Of a DNA stretch of 64,000 nucleotides, positions 52,803-61,251 are shown piece after piece. The position numbers were made by a program, and so were the translations under genes. Location: contig OY759599.1 in NCBI GenBank assembly GCA_963662465.1, positions 1,984,001-2,048,000 of the forward strand, read 5' to 3'. Positions within the stretch are counted from its first letter, which is position 1. Each line of letters opens with the position of its first letter. The notes below the pieces were generated by a model that made no database searches, had not been told where the DNA came from, and saw only the letters and a program-made list of their open reading frames with translations. Source of the DNA: Desulfatiglandales bacterium (lineage in GTDB: Bacteria > Desulfobacterota > DSM-4660 > Desulfatiglandales > Desulfatiglandaceae).

Positions 52803-53942
52803 TCATGATATATCACCTGATGGATAAGATCCCAACCATTTTATAAACACGCACAGATCTTTCATCTCAGCCAGGGCATCGGCCAGGGTAGGATCATTGC
52901 GGTGTCCTTCAAGATCCACAAAAAACAGGTATTCCCAGGAGCGCATACGCATGGGTCTGGATTCGATGCGGCAAACGTTAATGTCTCTTTTTGCCATGGC
53001 TGACAGCACCTCGGCCAAAGCGCCCGGACGATGGCCCAGAAAAAATAACAGGGTGGTTTTGTCGCATCCGGTGGGTTGGGGCTCACTGTTTCCCAACACC
53101 AGGAAACGGGTCACATTATGGGGCTCGTCTTCGATATCTTCACTGAGAAGCTGGAGCCCCAGGGTTTCCGCCAGAAAACGGCTGCCCAGAGCAGCGCCAT
53201 TCGGATCATCGGATGCCATTTTGCCCGCAAGGGACGTGCTTTCCACCGACTCAAAGGGAACCTCCGGCAGATGGCTTTTGAGCCATGAACGGCACTGGGC
53301 CAACGGCATGGGATGGGAATAAAGTCTTCTGATGTGTTTCAGGTCTTTATTCCGGGCCATCAAACTGAGCCTGATCCGGTGGTAATACTCTCCACATATT
53401 TTCAGATCAAATTTGTTAAACAGATCCCAGATCCCGGAAACTGAGCCTTCCAGAGAATTTTCCACCGGAATCACACCCTGATGACAGTGCCCCTTTTCCA
53501 CGGACCCGAAAACATCTTCAAAGGTCCGGGACGGACAGAATTCAGCGGAACTGCCGAAAATGGAAATGGCGGCCTGGTGCGAAAAAGTTGCCTCGGGACC
53601 CAGGAAACCGACCTTCAACGGCCCTTGAACCGCCCGACCGGCGGAAATGATCCGGCCAAAAATATCCCGGATCGCATCCGGCGTAAGACGTCCGCGGTTA
53701 TTTGCAGCCATCCGGTCAAGGATCTCTTTTTCGCGCACGGGATCAAAAACCGCCATCCCCAGTTTTTCCTTGATCCGTCCGATGGCGGCGGCCGCGTCAA
53801 GCCGCTCCCCCAAAAGCGACAGTATTCCGGCGTCAATCGAGTCGATATCCCGACGCCGACAGCCCAGCTCCCGCCAATCGGCATTTTCATCCTTTTCGGA
53901 CGGCATTCCTGTTGTTTCTTCTGTTTTCATGTCCATATCCAC
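52803..53942 (-). CDS. pheA: Chorismate mutase/prephenate dehydratase
   Basis: RRDIDSID chorismate mutase domain, LGPEATFS, ENSLEG, TRF and IESRP (ACT domain). Confidence 0.95.
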   Translation of the reverse strand: MDMDMKTEETTGMPSEKDENADWRELGCRRRDIDSIDAGILSLLGERLDAAAAIGRIKEKLGMAVFDPVREKEILDRMAANNRGRLTPDAIRDIFGRIISAGRAVQGPLKVGFLGPEATFSHQAAISIFGSSAEFCPSRTFEDVFGSVEKGHCHQGVIPVENSLEGSVSGIWDLFNKFDLKICGEYYHRIRLSLMARNKDLKHIRRLYSHPMPLAQCRSWLKSHLPEVPFESVESTSLAGKMASDDPNGAALGSRFLAETLGLQLLSEDIEDEPHNVTRFLVLGNSEPQPTGCDKTTLLFFLGHRPGALAEVLSAMAKRDINVCRIESRPMRMRSWEYLFFVDLEGHRNDPTLADALAEMKDLCVFIKWLGSYPSGDIS

Positions 53943-53980
53943 CCTTTAATTCACGCAAACCCTTGACGCCCCACTTCCTC

Positions 53981-55048
53981 TCAAATCCCCAGATCCTGCC
54001 CACCGGCTCTGGCCCGCAAATAATGATCCGCCAGAACCAGCGCCACCATAGCTTCAACCACCGGCACAATGCGGGCAACCGCCGTCACGTCAAATCTGCC
54101 GGTCAATTCCAGGGTCGCGTCCCGACCCTGCCGATCAATGGTTTCCTGGGGCTTCATGATGGAAGGAATGGGTTTCACCGCTACCCGAAGCACCAGTTCA
54201 TCGCCGTTGGAGATACCCCCAAGGATGCCGCCGGACCTGTTGGAAGCAAAACCCGTGGAACGGATGGGGTCATTGTTTTCAGAACCCTTGAGACGGGCCG
54301 CCTCAAACCCCGCGCCCACCTCAACCCCTTTTACGGCGCCAATAGACATGAGAGCTTTAGCCAGCTCCGCATCCAGCTTGTCGAACACGGGTTCCCCCAA
54401 TCCGGCGGGACAACCGGATACGCAGACTTCCACCACACCACCGAGACTGTCTCCGTCTTCCCTGGCCCTTTCGAGTGCCGCCAACATGGGTTCCACCGCA
54501 TCCGGGTCGGCACAATAGAGAGGATTCCGGGAAATAACGCCCGGGTCCATCCGTTCAGCTCGAATCCCCCCCAACGCCAGGGTATAGGCAAGAATGCGCA
54601 TATGGAAGGGCGCCAACACTTTCCGTGCCACCACCCCGCAGGCCACCCGAGCGGCGGTTTCCCGGGCGGAAGCCCGACCCCCTCCCCGGTAATCCAGATG
54701 ACCAAATTTCTTGAAGTAGGTGTAATCCGCATGCCCCGGCCTGAACAGGTCCTTCAGTACCCCGTAAGGTTTGCTTTTGACGTCATGGTTTCCCACCAGC
54801 AGGGTTAACGAGGTTCCGGTAGTGCGCCCTTCAAAAACGCCGGACATGATTTCCACCCGGTCTTCTTCCGCCCTGGGCGTCTCAAAAGAAGACCGCCCCG
54901 GCCTGCGCCGTTCCATCTCCCCTATGAAGTCAGCGTCCGTAAGGCGAATCCCTGAAGGACACCCGTCGATAATGGCCCCCAGGGCTTTTCCGTGGGATTC
55001 GCCAAATGTGGTGATTTTAAATGCCTGTCCAAATGAATTTCCGGCCAT
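53981..55048 (-). CDS. aroC: Chorismate synthase
   Basis: GESHG, RPGHAD, RASARET and GGILGGISNG. Confidence 0.97.
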   Translation of the reverse strand: MAGNSFGQAFKITTFGESHGKALGAIIDGCPSGIRLTDADFIGEMERRRPGRSSFETPRAEEDRVEIMSGVFEGRTTGTSLTLLVGNHDVKSKPYGVLKDLFRPGHADYTYFKKFGHLDYRGGGRASARETAARVACGVVARKVLAPFHMRILAYTLALGGIRAERMDPGVISRNPLYCADPDAVEPMLAALERAREDGDSLGGVVEVCVSGCPAGLGEPVFDKLDAELAKALMSIGAVKGVEVGAGFEAARLKGSENNDPIRSTGFASNRSGGILGGISNGDELVLRVAVKPIPSIMKPQETIDRQGRDATLELTGRFDVTAVARIVPVVEAMVALVLADHYLRARAGGQDLGI

Positions 55049-55062
55049 GAGATCCTCTCCGG

Positions 55063-55644
55063 TTATGAGTTTAATGCCGCCGTGCTGACAGTCCCCTGTG
55101 GTTGTCCGCTATCCCGTATGGGCATAACCGGCTCAGGCATGGATTGTATGATTTCGTATGCCACCGCCTCGGGGGATTGCTCATCCGTATTCACAACATA
55201 ATGGCAGGCCCGTTCATAAAGGGGGGCTCTCTCACTCAGGAGCTGTCCGATCTCAGCCATCGGGTTTTCCCCGACCAATCCCGGTCGAATTCTGCCCGAG
55301 TTCTCATCTTGGGTCATCCGATCCCGAATGGTCGATATGCTCGTCCGCAACCAAACGAGCCAGCCCGTTTTTTTTAAATTCCGCACATTTTCCCAATCCA
55401 GCACCGCACCGCCACCGGTGGAAATAACCCGTTGATCATCATTTGAAATGGATCGAATGATAATTTTCTCCAGCATTCGAAAGGCATCCCAGCCGTTTTC
55501 GGCCACATAATGGGGAATGGTGGACCCAACTCGCCTCTCCAAAAGCTGATCCGTATCCACCAGTTCCAACCCCAGATGATTCGCCAGGGTTTTCCCCACC
55601 ACACTTTTTCCGCTGCACCGATACCCGATTAAAACAATATTCAT
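55063..55644 (-). CDS. aroK: Shikimate kinase
   Basis: GYRCSGKS, DTD, FR..E, STGGG and RP.L. Confidence 0.93.
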   Translation of the reverse strand: MNIVLIGYRCSGKSVVGKTLANHLGLELVDTDQLLERRVGSTIPHYVAENGWDAFRMLEKIIIRSISNDDQRVISTGGGAVLDWENVRNLKKTGWLVWLRTSISTIRDRMTQDENSGRIRPGLVGENPMAEIGQLLSERAPLYERACHYVVNTDEQSPEAVAYEIIQSMPEPVMPIRDSGQPQGTVSTAALNS

Positions 55645-55666
55645 GTCAACACCCGAAACATTTCAC

Positions 55667-55707
55667 AAAAAAAAGCCGCGGAAGCTTTTGAAGGCATCCA
55701 CGGCTTT
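55667..55707 (-). terminator. Intrinsic terminator of the aro leader (attenuator)
   Basis: Minus strand AAAGCCGTGGATGC-loop-GCTTCCGCGGC-T8, ending 22 nt before the aroK ATG. Confidence 0.85.
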
Positions 55708-55730
55708 GAAAAATGACAAAAAACAGCATC

Positions 55731-55796
55731 TCAGACCATGGATGGACCTCCAAAATAATAATAATAAAAGCCCTGCCACGATCGATTCGTAAACAT
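55731..55796 (-). CDS. Aromatic amino acid attenuator leader peptide MFTNRSWQGFYYYYFGGPSMV
   Basis: 21-codon ORF containing TTT-TAT-TAT-TAT-TAT-TTT, AAGGA upstream and a terminator directly downstream. Confidence 0.85.
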   Translation of the reverse strand: MFTNRSWQGFYYYYFGGPSMV

Positions 55797-55839
55797 TATT
55801 TCGCTGTTTCCTTTTGTCCAAGTTAAAGAATGAGAAGCA

Positions 55840-56462
55840 GTCAATGACCACCACCAAAGGTGGTGGCTTGAATTAATGCACCTGGAAGGTGCATGGTACC
55901 TATTCTATTTGAACAATTTACCTTGCGTCACATCGGCATCTTTATCTTTACTATGCTGCCATTTTACATACTTTTTGATCCGCTCTTCATTTAAGCCTAC
56001 CGTACTCACACAATAGCCTCTCGACCACACATGTTGTCCCCAGTATTTTTTTCGTAGTTGAGGAAAACGGTCAAATAGTTGTAGAGCCAGTTTCCCCTTC
56101 AAGAACCCCATGAACTGCGATATGGCGTATTTCGGAGGGATTGATACGACCAGGCGAACATGGTCAATTTGCACATTACCTTCCACCACTTCTACGTCAT
56201 CTTTTTGATTACATAACCGATATATCTGTTGCATCACATATTTTGCCACTTCTTCCTGCAATATTTTGTAGCGATATTTCGGGCAAAACACCACATGGTA
56301 CTTACACTCATACAAAGAATGTGCTAATTTCTTGAATTGACGTTGACGAGTCATTATATGCCTCCTGTTAGTTTCGCACCTTCCAGGAAGACATATAATA
56401 CTCGTCATATTCAATACACCGGTAGAACCTTTTTTTATTCCACTACCAGAGGTAGTGGTTTA
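55840..56462 (-). mobile_element. IS200/IS605-family element (tnpA only)
   Basis: Subterminal hairpins ACCACCACC-AAA-GGTGGTGG and CCACTACC-AGA-GGTAGTGG flanking tnpA. Ends are approximate. Confidence 0.85.
55905..56354 (-). CDS. tnpA: IS200 Y1 transposase with an altered HUH motif
   Basis: CKYHVVFCPKYR, DHVRLVVSIPP, LKGK, WSRGY and YV..Q. Confidence 0.9.
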   Translation of the reverse strand: MTRQRQFKKLAHSLYECKYHVVFCPKYRYKILQEEVAKYVMQQIYRLCNQKDDVEVVEGNVQIDHVRLVVSIPPKYAISQFMGFLKGKLALQLFDRFPQLRKKYWGQHVWSRGYCVSTVGLNEERIKKYVKWQHSKDKDADVTQGKLFK

Positions 56463-56468
56463 CTTTTT

Positions 56469-56497
56469 AATAAAAATCATTTGGGATCTTTTGTCAA
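56469..56497 (-). promoter_or_regulatory. Probable native sigma70 promoter of the aro leader
   Basis: TTGACA at 56497-56492 followed by an AT-rich -10-like region, wedged between IS200 and ISL3. Confidence 0.4.
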
Positions 56498-56614
56498 GAA
56501 GAAAAGGCTCAACGCGGATTAACGTGAAAAAATGTTTCGCCTGTCATTTTTTTGAGAACTTTCTCCCCCAATAGGTATAAATAGGATGGAAAAAGCTCAT
56601 TAGGAGGATTTTCC

Positions 56615-57924
56615 ATGAAACTGCTACCCCGTTTTACATCCTATATAAAGGATGCTGCGAAGTCCGTGAAGCGAATTACCCTGCAAGAATTCAAAGAAGT
56701 TGCGGATGAAACTCTGACCGAATTGTTGGGCATTGCAAGCATCGGGGTAAAGATGTTTGCACTTCGTCGCGAAGGAGAACACGAAGTTCTGCACTTTGGT
56801 GTACCCATCGCGAGGAGGTTGCCTTGTGTCCACATTGCGGCTCACTTTCAACGAAAATTCATCAAGAAGAAACTCGATCTATTCGTCATTTGGATGTGTG
56901 GGGCAAAAAGACTGTCCTACATTTTCTTTCTCGCCGTTTCAAATGCGAAGATTGTGGTCGGACTTTTGTAGAAGAATTGCCCTTCGTAGATTCCCACCGC
57001 AGGCAATCCATAACCTTCGAACAGCATATTTATCAGGCCTGTCTTACAAGCACCCGCAAGGCTGTTGCAGTTCATGAAGGGCTAAGCCACTCTACAGTAA
57101 AAGATATCTTCAACTTTTGGGCGGCAATGAAACGGATATCTACGGCCACCTATCCTGTCAGGGGCTTAGGAATTGATGAGCTTTCCATCAAAAAGCGTCA
57201 CAAGCAATTCGTACTCGTGATCTCTGATATTGATAGGAAATGCATACTCGCTATCCTGCCTGACAGGGAGAAAAAAACCCTGGAAAATTGGATAGAAGCC
57301 TTGAGTCCTATGGAGAAAAAATCTATCCGTTTTGTTTCCATTGACATGTGGGCGCCCTATGATCAAGCAGCCCGCAGCAAGCTGCCCCATGCGAAGGTGG
57401 TAGTTGACCGATTCCATGTCATGAAACAATTGAATACGCGCCTGACCCAGCTGCGCACAAAATATCAGAAAGAAAGCTCTGATGAAATGAAAAAACTACT
57501 CAAAGGCAGCCGCTGGATACTTGTACGCAATCGGGCTGAACTGTCACCAAAGGAGACGGAACATCTGGATAACATACTGAAAACATGCCCTGATCTTCGC
57601 GCCTTGTACCTGCTTAAAGAAGAATTCCGCACCATATTCGAGAAAATCCATTGCAGAGAAAAAGCAGCCCGTTTTTTGGACGCATGGGTTCTAAAAGCAA
57701 AACGAACAGGCAACAAATACCTGCTCAAATTTGTTGCTACATTCAAAAACTGGAGAAAGGAGATCCTCAATTATTTTACCGAACGAATCACAAATGGTTT
57801 TGTCGAGGGGCTCAATAATGGACTGAGGACGATGATACGCTCGGCTTACGGTTACAGGAATTTTGCAAACTTCAGGCTTCGGGCGCTCGCACAATTCGCG
57901 GGTTTTCGCGTTACTCCGCGATAA
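56615..57924 (+). pseudogene. ISL3 transposase with a frameshift near 56795
   Basis: AGGAGG + ATG at 56615. The frame switches before CPHCG...RRFKC..C, GIDE, IDMW, DRFH and TNGFVEG.N. Confidence 0.85.
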
Positions 57925-58132
57925 GTCAAAAAAGTCAACAGTTTAAAAGAGCTCATAATAACAAGCGCCTAAGTAAATCAAGTCAACAAGGTAAGCGCCT
58001 GAACCTTGATGATGCCGGCAGCATGAATAAAAAATCAAGTCATCAAGTCAATCAAGGTTCATACAAATGAGAAACTGTCCTGCCTTGCGTCGGTAGCCAT
58101 CTTGTATTAGCTCTTCATTGCCTTATCCCAGT

Positions 58133-58178
58133 GGACGCAGAGCGTCCAAAGCGCATTCTCACGCAGAGTGTAGGAATA
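58133..58178. repeat. REP-like double palindrome inside the ISL3 3' region
   Basis: GGACGC-AGA-GCGTCC ... GCATTCTCACGCAGAGTGTAGGAAT. Confidence 0.55.
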
Positions 58179-58281
58179 CGCGGAGCTTTTGACATCTGAC
58201 ATCTTTGGTTCGAAATATCGATTTTTCACGTTAATCCGCGATGAGCCGAAGAAAATTGAATTCTCTCATGAAAAGGAATGA

Positions 58282-59694
58282 TCAGGGAACCCACATTCTG
58301 AAAACCAGATCCGGCAGGATGCCGAACAGGATGATCAAACCCGCCAGAAAAAGCCCCCCGGACAGGCTGAAAACCGGGCTATAGCCTTTTGTTTTATCAA
58401 TGACTTCGATTATCTCCGGACTTTCCTTCGCATAGGCATGCCACACCAGATTCAAATAGTAAAAGAGACCGATGGCCACATTGGCGGCGGCAATCACCAC
58501 CAGGTAGTTGCAGCCCCGGTTCCAGGCGGCGGAGAGCAGAAAAAACTTGCCCATGAACCCGGCCGTGGGGGGAAGGCCCACCAGGGCCATGGCGGCAACG
58601 GCCAGAACCAGGGCAAGACCGGGCGCCCGTTTGGAGAGACCGTTTAAGTCTTCCAGTTTCAAATTTCTACCGTCAACAGACTCGCGACAGACCACCCAGA
58701 AACAGGCAAAATTCATGAGGACGTAGGCGAAAGCGTAGTAAGCCGCGGCCGTCACCCCCATGGGCGTTCCCGCCACCACCCCTACCATAAGATAGCCCGC
58801 ATGGGCAACGGCCGAATACCCCAAAATTCGTTTGATATCTTTCTGCACCAGGGCCGCAAGGTTGCCGTAGGTCATGGAAACGGCGGCCAGCACCGCCAGG
58901 ATGGTGGTGATCTCAAGCCCCGGTTTCAGCAGAGGGGTAAAACGGAGCAGCACCACCACTGCGCCCACCTTGGGAAGCGTTGCAATGTAGGCGGCGGTTT
59001 CATTGCCGGCCCCTTCATAGACGTCAGGCGCCCAGAAGTGAAACGGGAAAAAAGCCAGTTTAAACAGCAACCCCGAAAGAAACAGGGTCAACCCCATCAC
59101 CGCCATGGGACTGTCAGACCAAGCCCAGGACATCTCCGTGAGTTGATTGAGATAGGTGGTATGCCGGGCCGCAAGGATATATGAAAACCCGAACAGACCG
59201 ATGACGGTGGCCACCCCGCCAAAAAAAACATACTTAATGGCGGCTTCAGCGGCGTTTCGGCTTTTTGCTCGAAGCGATACCAGGGGAAAAAGGCTGAAAG
59301 AGGCCAGCTCCAGGGACAGGGTGATGCTGATCAGTTCTACTGAGGAGCAAAGGAGCATCAACCCCCAGGCGGATAGCGCCAGGAGCAGAAAGTAATCGCA
59401 CCGTTTGTCTTTTTCCAGCATGGGCTGGCCGGCGCCGTTTATGACGGTCAGGAAAAAACCCAAAGCGACGGTCATTTTGAAAAATTGACTCAGCCGGTCC
59501 ACTTGGTAGCATTGGCCGAACAGCAACCCGTTTTGCCCCAATGACAGGAGCGCCACCAGGACGCCTAATCCGGAAATCCAGGATAACCACTTTTCCACCT
59601 GTACAATCCGATCTCCGCAAATGACGCTCCGCACAAATAGGATTGCCACAATCAAAAGCTGAAAGAGTTCCGGAAAGATCAGGTGGAAGCTCAT
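58282..59694 (-). CDS. nuoN: NADH-quinone oxidoreductase subunit N-like antiporter subunit
   Basis: AEAAIKY, FKLAFFPFHFWAPDVYEGA, KRILGYS and GLPPTAGF.GKF. Confidence 0.85.
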   Translation of the reverse strand: MSFHLIFPELFQLLIVAILFVRSVICGDRIVQVEKWLSWISGLGVLVALLSLGQNGLLFGQCYQVDRLSQFFKMTVALGFFLTVINGAGQPMLEKDKRCDYFLLLALSAWGLMLLCSSVELISITLSLELASFSLFPLVSLRAKSRNAAEAAIKYVFFGGVATVIGLFGFSYILAARHTTYLNQLTEMSWAWSDSPMAVMGLTLFLSGLLFKLAFFPFHFWAPDVYEGAGNETAAYIATLPKVGAVVVLLRFTPLLKPGLEITTILAVLAAVSMTYGNLAALVQKDIKRILGYSAVAHAGYLMVGVVAGTPMGVTAAAYYAFAYVLMNFACFWVVCRESVDGRNLKLEDLNGLSKRAPGLALVLAVAAMALVGLPPTAGFMGKFFLLSAAWNRGCNYLVVIAAANVAIGLFYYLNLVWHAYAKESPEIIEVIDKTKGYSPVFSLSGGLFLAGLIILFGILPDLVFRMWVP

Positions 59695-61244
59695 GGCTGG
59701 AATCCTCCCGTGGGCTTTCTGTCAAGGCCGAGCTGTTTTTTTGCAGGTGAAAAAAGGTGTTTATCCATCGAAAGAGTGACCGGCGCCCGGGAGTGAAATA
59801 CTCCCACCAGGTGATTCAGGGTGGGGTTCATGACTTTCAGGCAAAGGGTGGGCATAAGCCCCAGGTAGAGTACCAAAAATGCCAGGGGGAGGAGACATGC
59901 CCATTCCCGGACATTCATATCCCGCCATGCTCCAGCCTTTGACGGCTCTCCCCATGCCATTTGCTGGGTGGGACGAAGCATGTAGGCCGCCGCCAACAGG
60001 GCGCCCGGAACCGCGGCGGCCCCCAGCCACAGGTTCCTTTCAAAGGCCCCTGCCAGGATCAAAAATTCTCCCACAAAATTATTGGTGCCGGGAAAAGCAA
60101 AGCCCGCAAAGGCAAACAGGCCCCAGAACCCCATAAAAGCGGGCACGAATTTTCCCAACCCCAGGTTTTGGGATAAATCATTACTTCGGCTGCGCTCATA
60201 AAGGATCCCCGCCATGGCAAACAGGGCGCCCGTGGTAATGCCATGATTGACCATCTGGATCAATGCCCCCTGGGCCCCATTGAGATTAAAGAGAAAAATT
60301 CCTAACGTCACAAACCCCATATGCCCCAGTGAAGAATAGGCAATGATTTTTTTGAGGTTTGATTGGGCGAAGGCCAGAAGACCTCCGTAAAGGATGGAGC
60401 AAACCGACATGCCGATGATCAAAGGCGCAAAGAAGTGGGCCGCATCGGGGGTCAGCGGCAGGGCCAGGCGCAGAAATCCGTAAGCCCCCATTTTGGACAA
60501 AACGGTGGAGAGAAGAATGCTGCCGGCTGTGGGGGCCTGCACGTATGCCGCCGGCAACCAGGTGTGAAAGGGAAACAGGGGCACTTTCACCGCAAAGGCC
60601 AGGGCCAGGATCAGGAAGGTCCATCGCTGAAAATTAATGGAAAAGGGATGCGCCATAAGCGCGGGAATGGAAAAACTGTTCCCCTCCATGCGAAAAGCGA
60701 TGACCGCCACCAGGAGAAGGGCGCTCCCGGCCAGGGTGTACAAGATAAACTTCAGGGCAGCACGGTCTTTTTGAGGGCCTCCCCAGAGGGCAATGATCAA
60801 ATAGGTGGGGATCAGAATAGCCTCCCAGAACAGGTAGAAGAGAACCAGATCCAATGCTGAAAAAACCCCGATCAAAACCGATATGAGTACAAAAAGACAG
60901 ACGTGAAATTCTTTGACCCGGGTCGTGATGGAAGCCCGGGAACAGACAACGCAAAGGGGGAAGATTATCAGCGTCAATGCCACCATGAACACACTGATGC
61001 CGTCCAACCCCAGGCAATACCACAGCCCCCAGCTGGAAACCCATGGAACGGATTCCACAAACTGAAAGTCCGCCGTTCCCATCCGGAATTGAAGCAAAGG
61101 CAACGCCAGCAGGATTTCCCCAAGAGACACTCCGAGGGCCCAGCACCGGATGGGCTTAGGATTCTTAAAAAAAAGCAATCCCAGACAGCCCAGGAGCGGC
61201 AGCACAATCAAGCAGGTGAGAACGGGAAACTGAGCTTCAATCAT
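59691..61244 (-). CDS. nuoM: NADH-quinone oxidoreductase subunit M-like antiporter subunit
   Basis: GLDGIS, FWE, AVKVPLFPFHTWLP, KMGAYG, QMVNHG and PGTNNFVGE. Confidence 0.88.
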   Translation of the reverse strand: MIEAQFPVLTCLIVLPLLGCLGLLFFKNPKPIRCWALGVSLGEILLALPLLQFRMGTADFQFVESVPWVSSWGLWYCLGLDGISVFMVALTLIIFPLCVVCSRASITTRVKEFHVCLFVLISVLIGVFSALDLVLFYLFWEAILIPTYLIIALWGGPQKDRAALKFILYTLAGSALLLVAVIAFRMEGNSFSIPALMAHPFSINFQRWTFLILALAFAVKVPLFPFHTWLPAAYVQAPTAGSILLSTVLSKMGAYGFLRLALPLTPDAAHFFAPLIIGMSVCSILYGGLLAFAQSNLKKIIAYSSLGHMGFVTLGIFLFNLNGAQGALIQMVNHGITTGALFAMAGILYERSRSNDLSQNLGLGKFVPAFMGFWGLFAFAGFAFPGTNNFVGEFLILAGAFERNLWLGAAAVPGALLAAAYMLRPTQQMAWGEPSKAGAWRDMNVREWACLLPLAFLVLYLGLMPTLCLKVMNPTLNHLVGVFHSRAPVTLSMDKHLFSPAKKQLGLDRKPTGGFQP

Positions 61245-61251
61245 AAATTTT

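Larger units (their letters stand above)
56506..58247 (+). mobile_element. Complete ISL3-family insertion sequence
   Basis: 26-bp IRs GGCTCA(A/T)CGCGGATTAACGTGAAAAA. 8-bp target duplication GAAGAAAA at 56498-56505 and 58248-58255. Confidence 0.93.

Noticed and set aside
55663..55857. 64-aa ORF-track ORF upstream of aroK
   Set aside because: Starts inside the IS200 end and runs through the terminator; the 21-aa aromatic leader in another frame explains the region better.
56785..56825. Programmed frameshift in the ISL3 transposase
   Set aside because: No X-XXY-YYZ heptamer or long homopolymer at CACTTTGG; more likely a 1-nt deletion or sequencing error.
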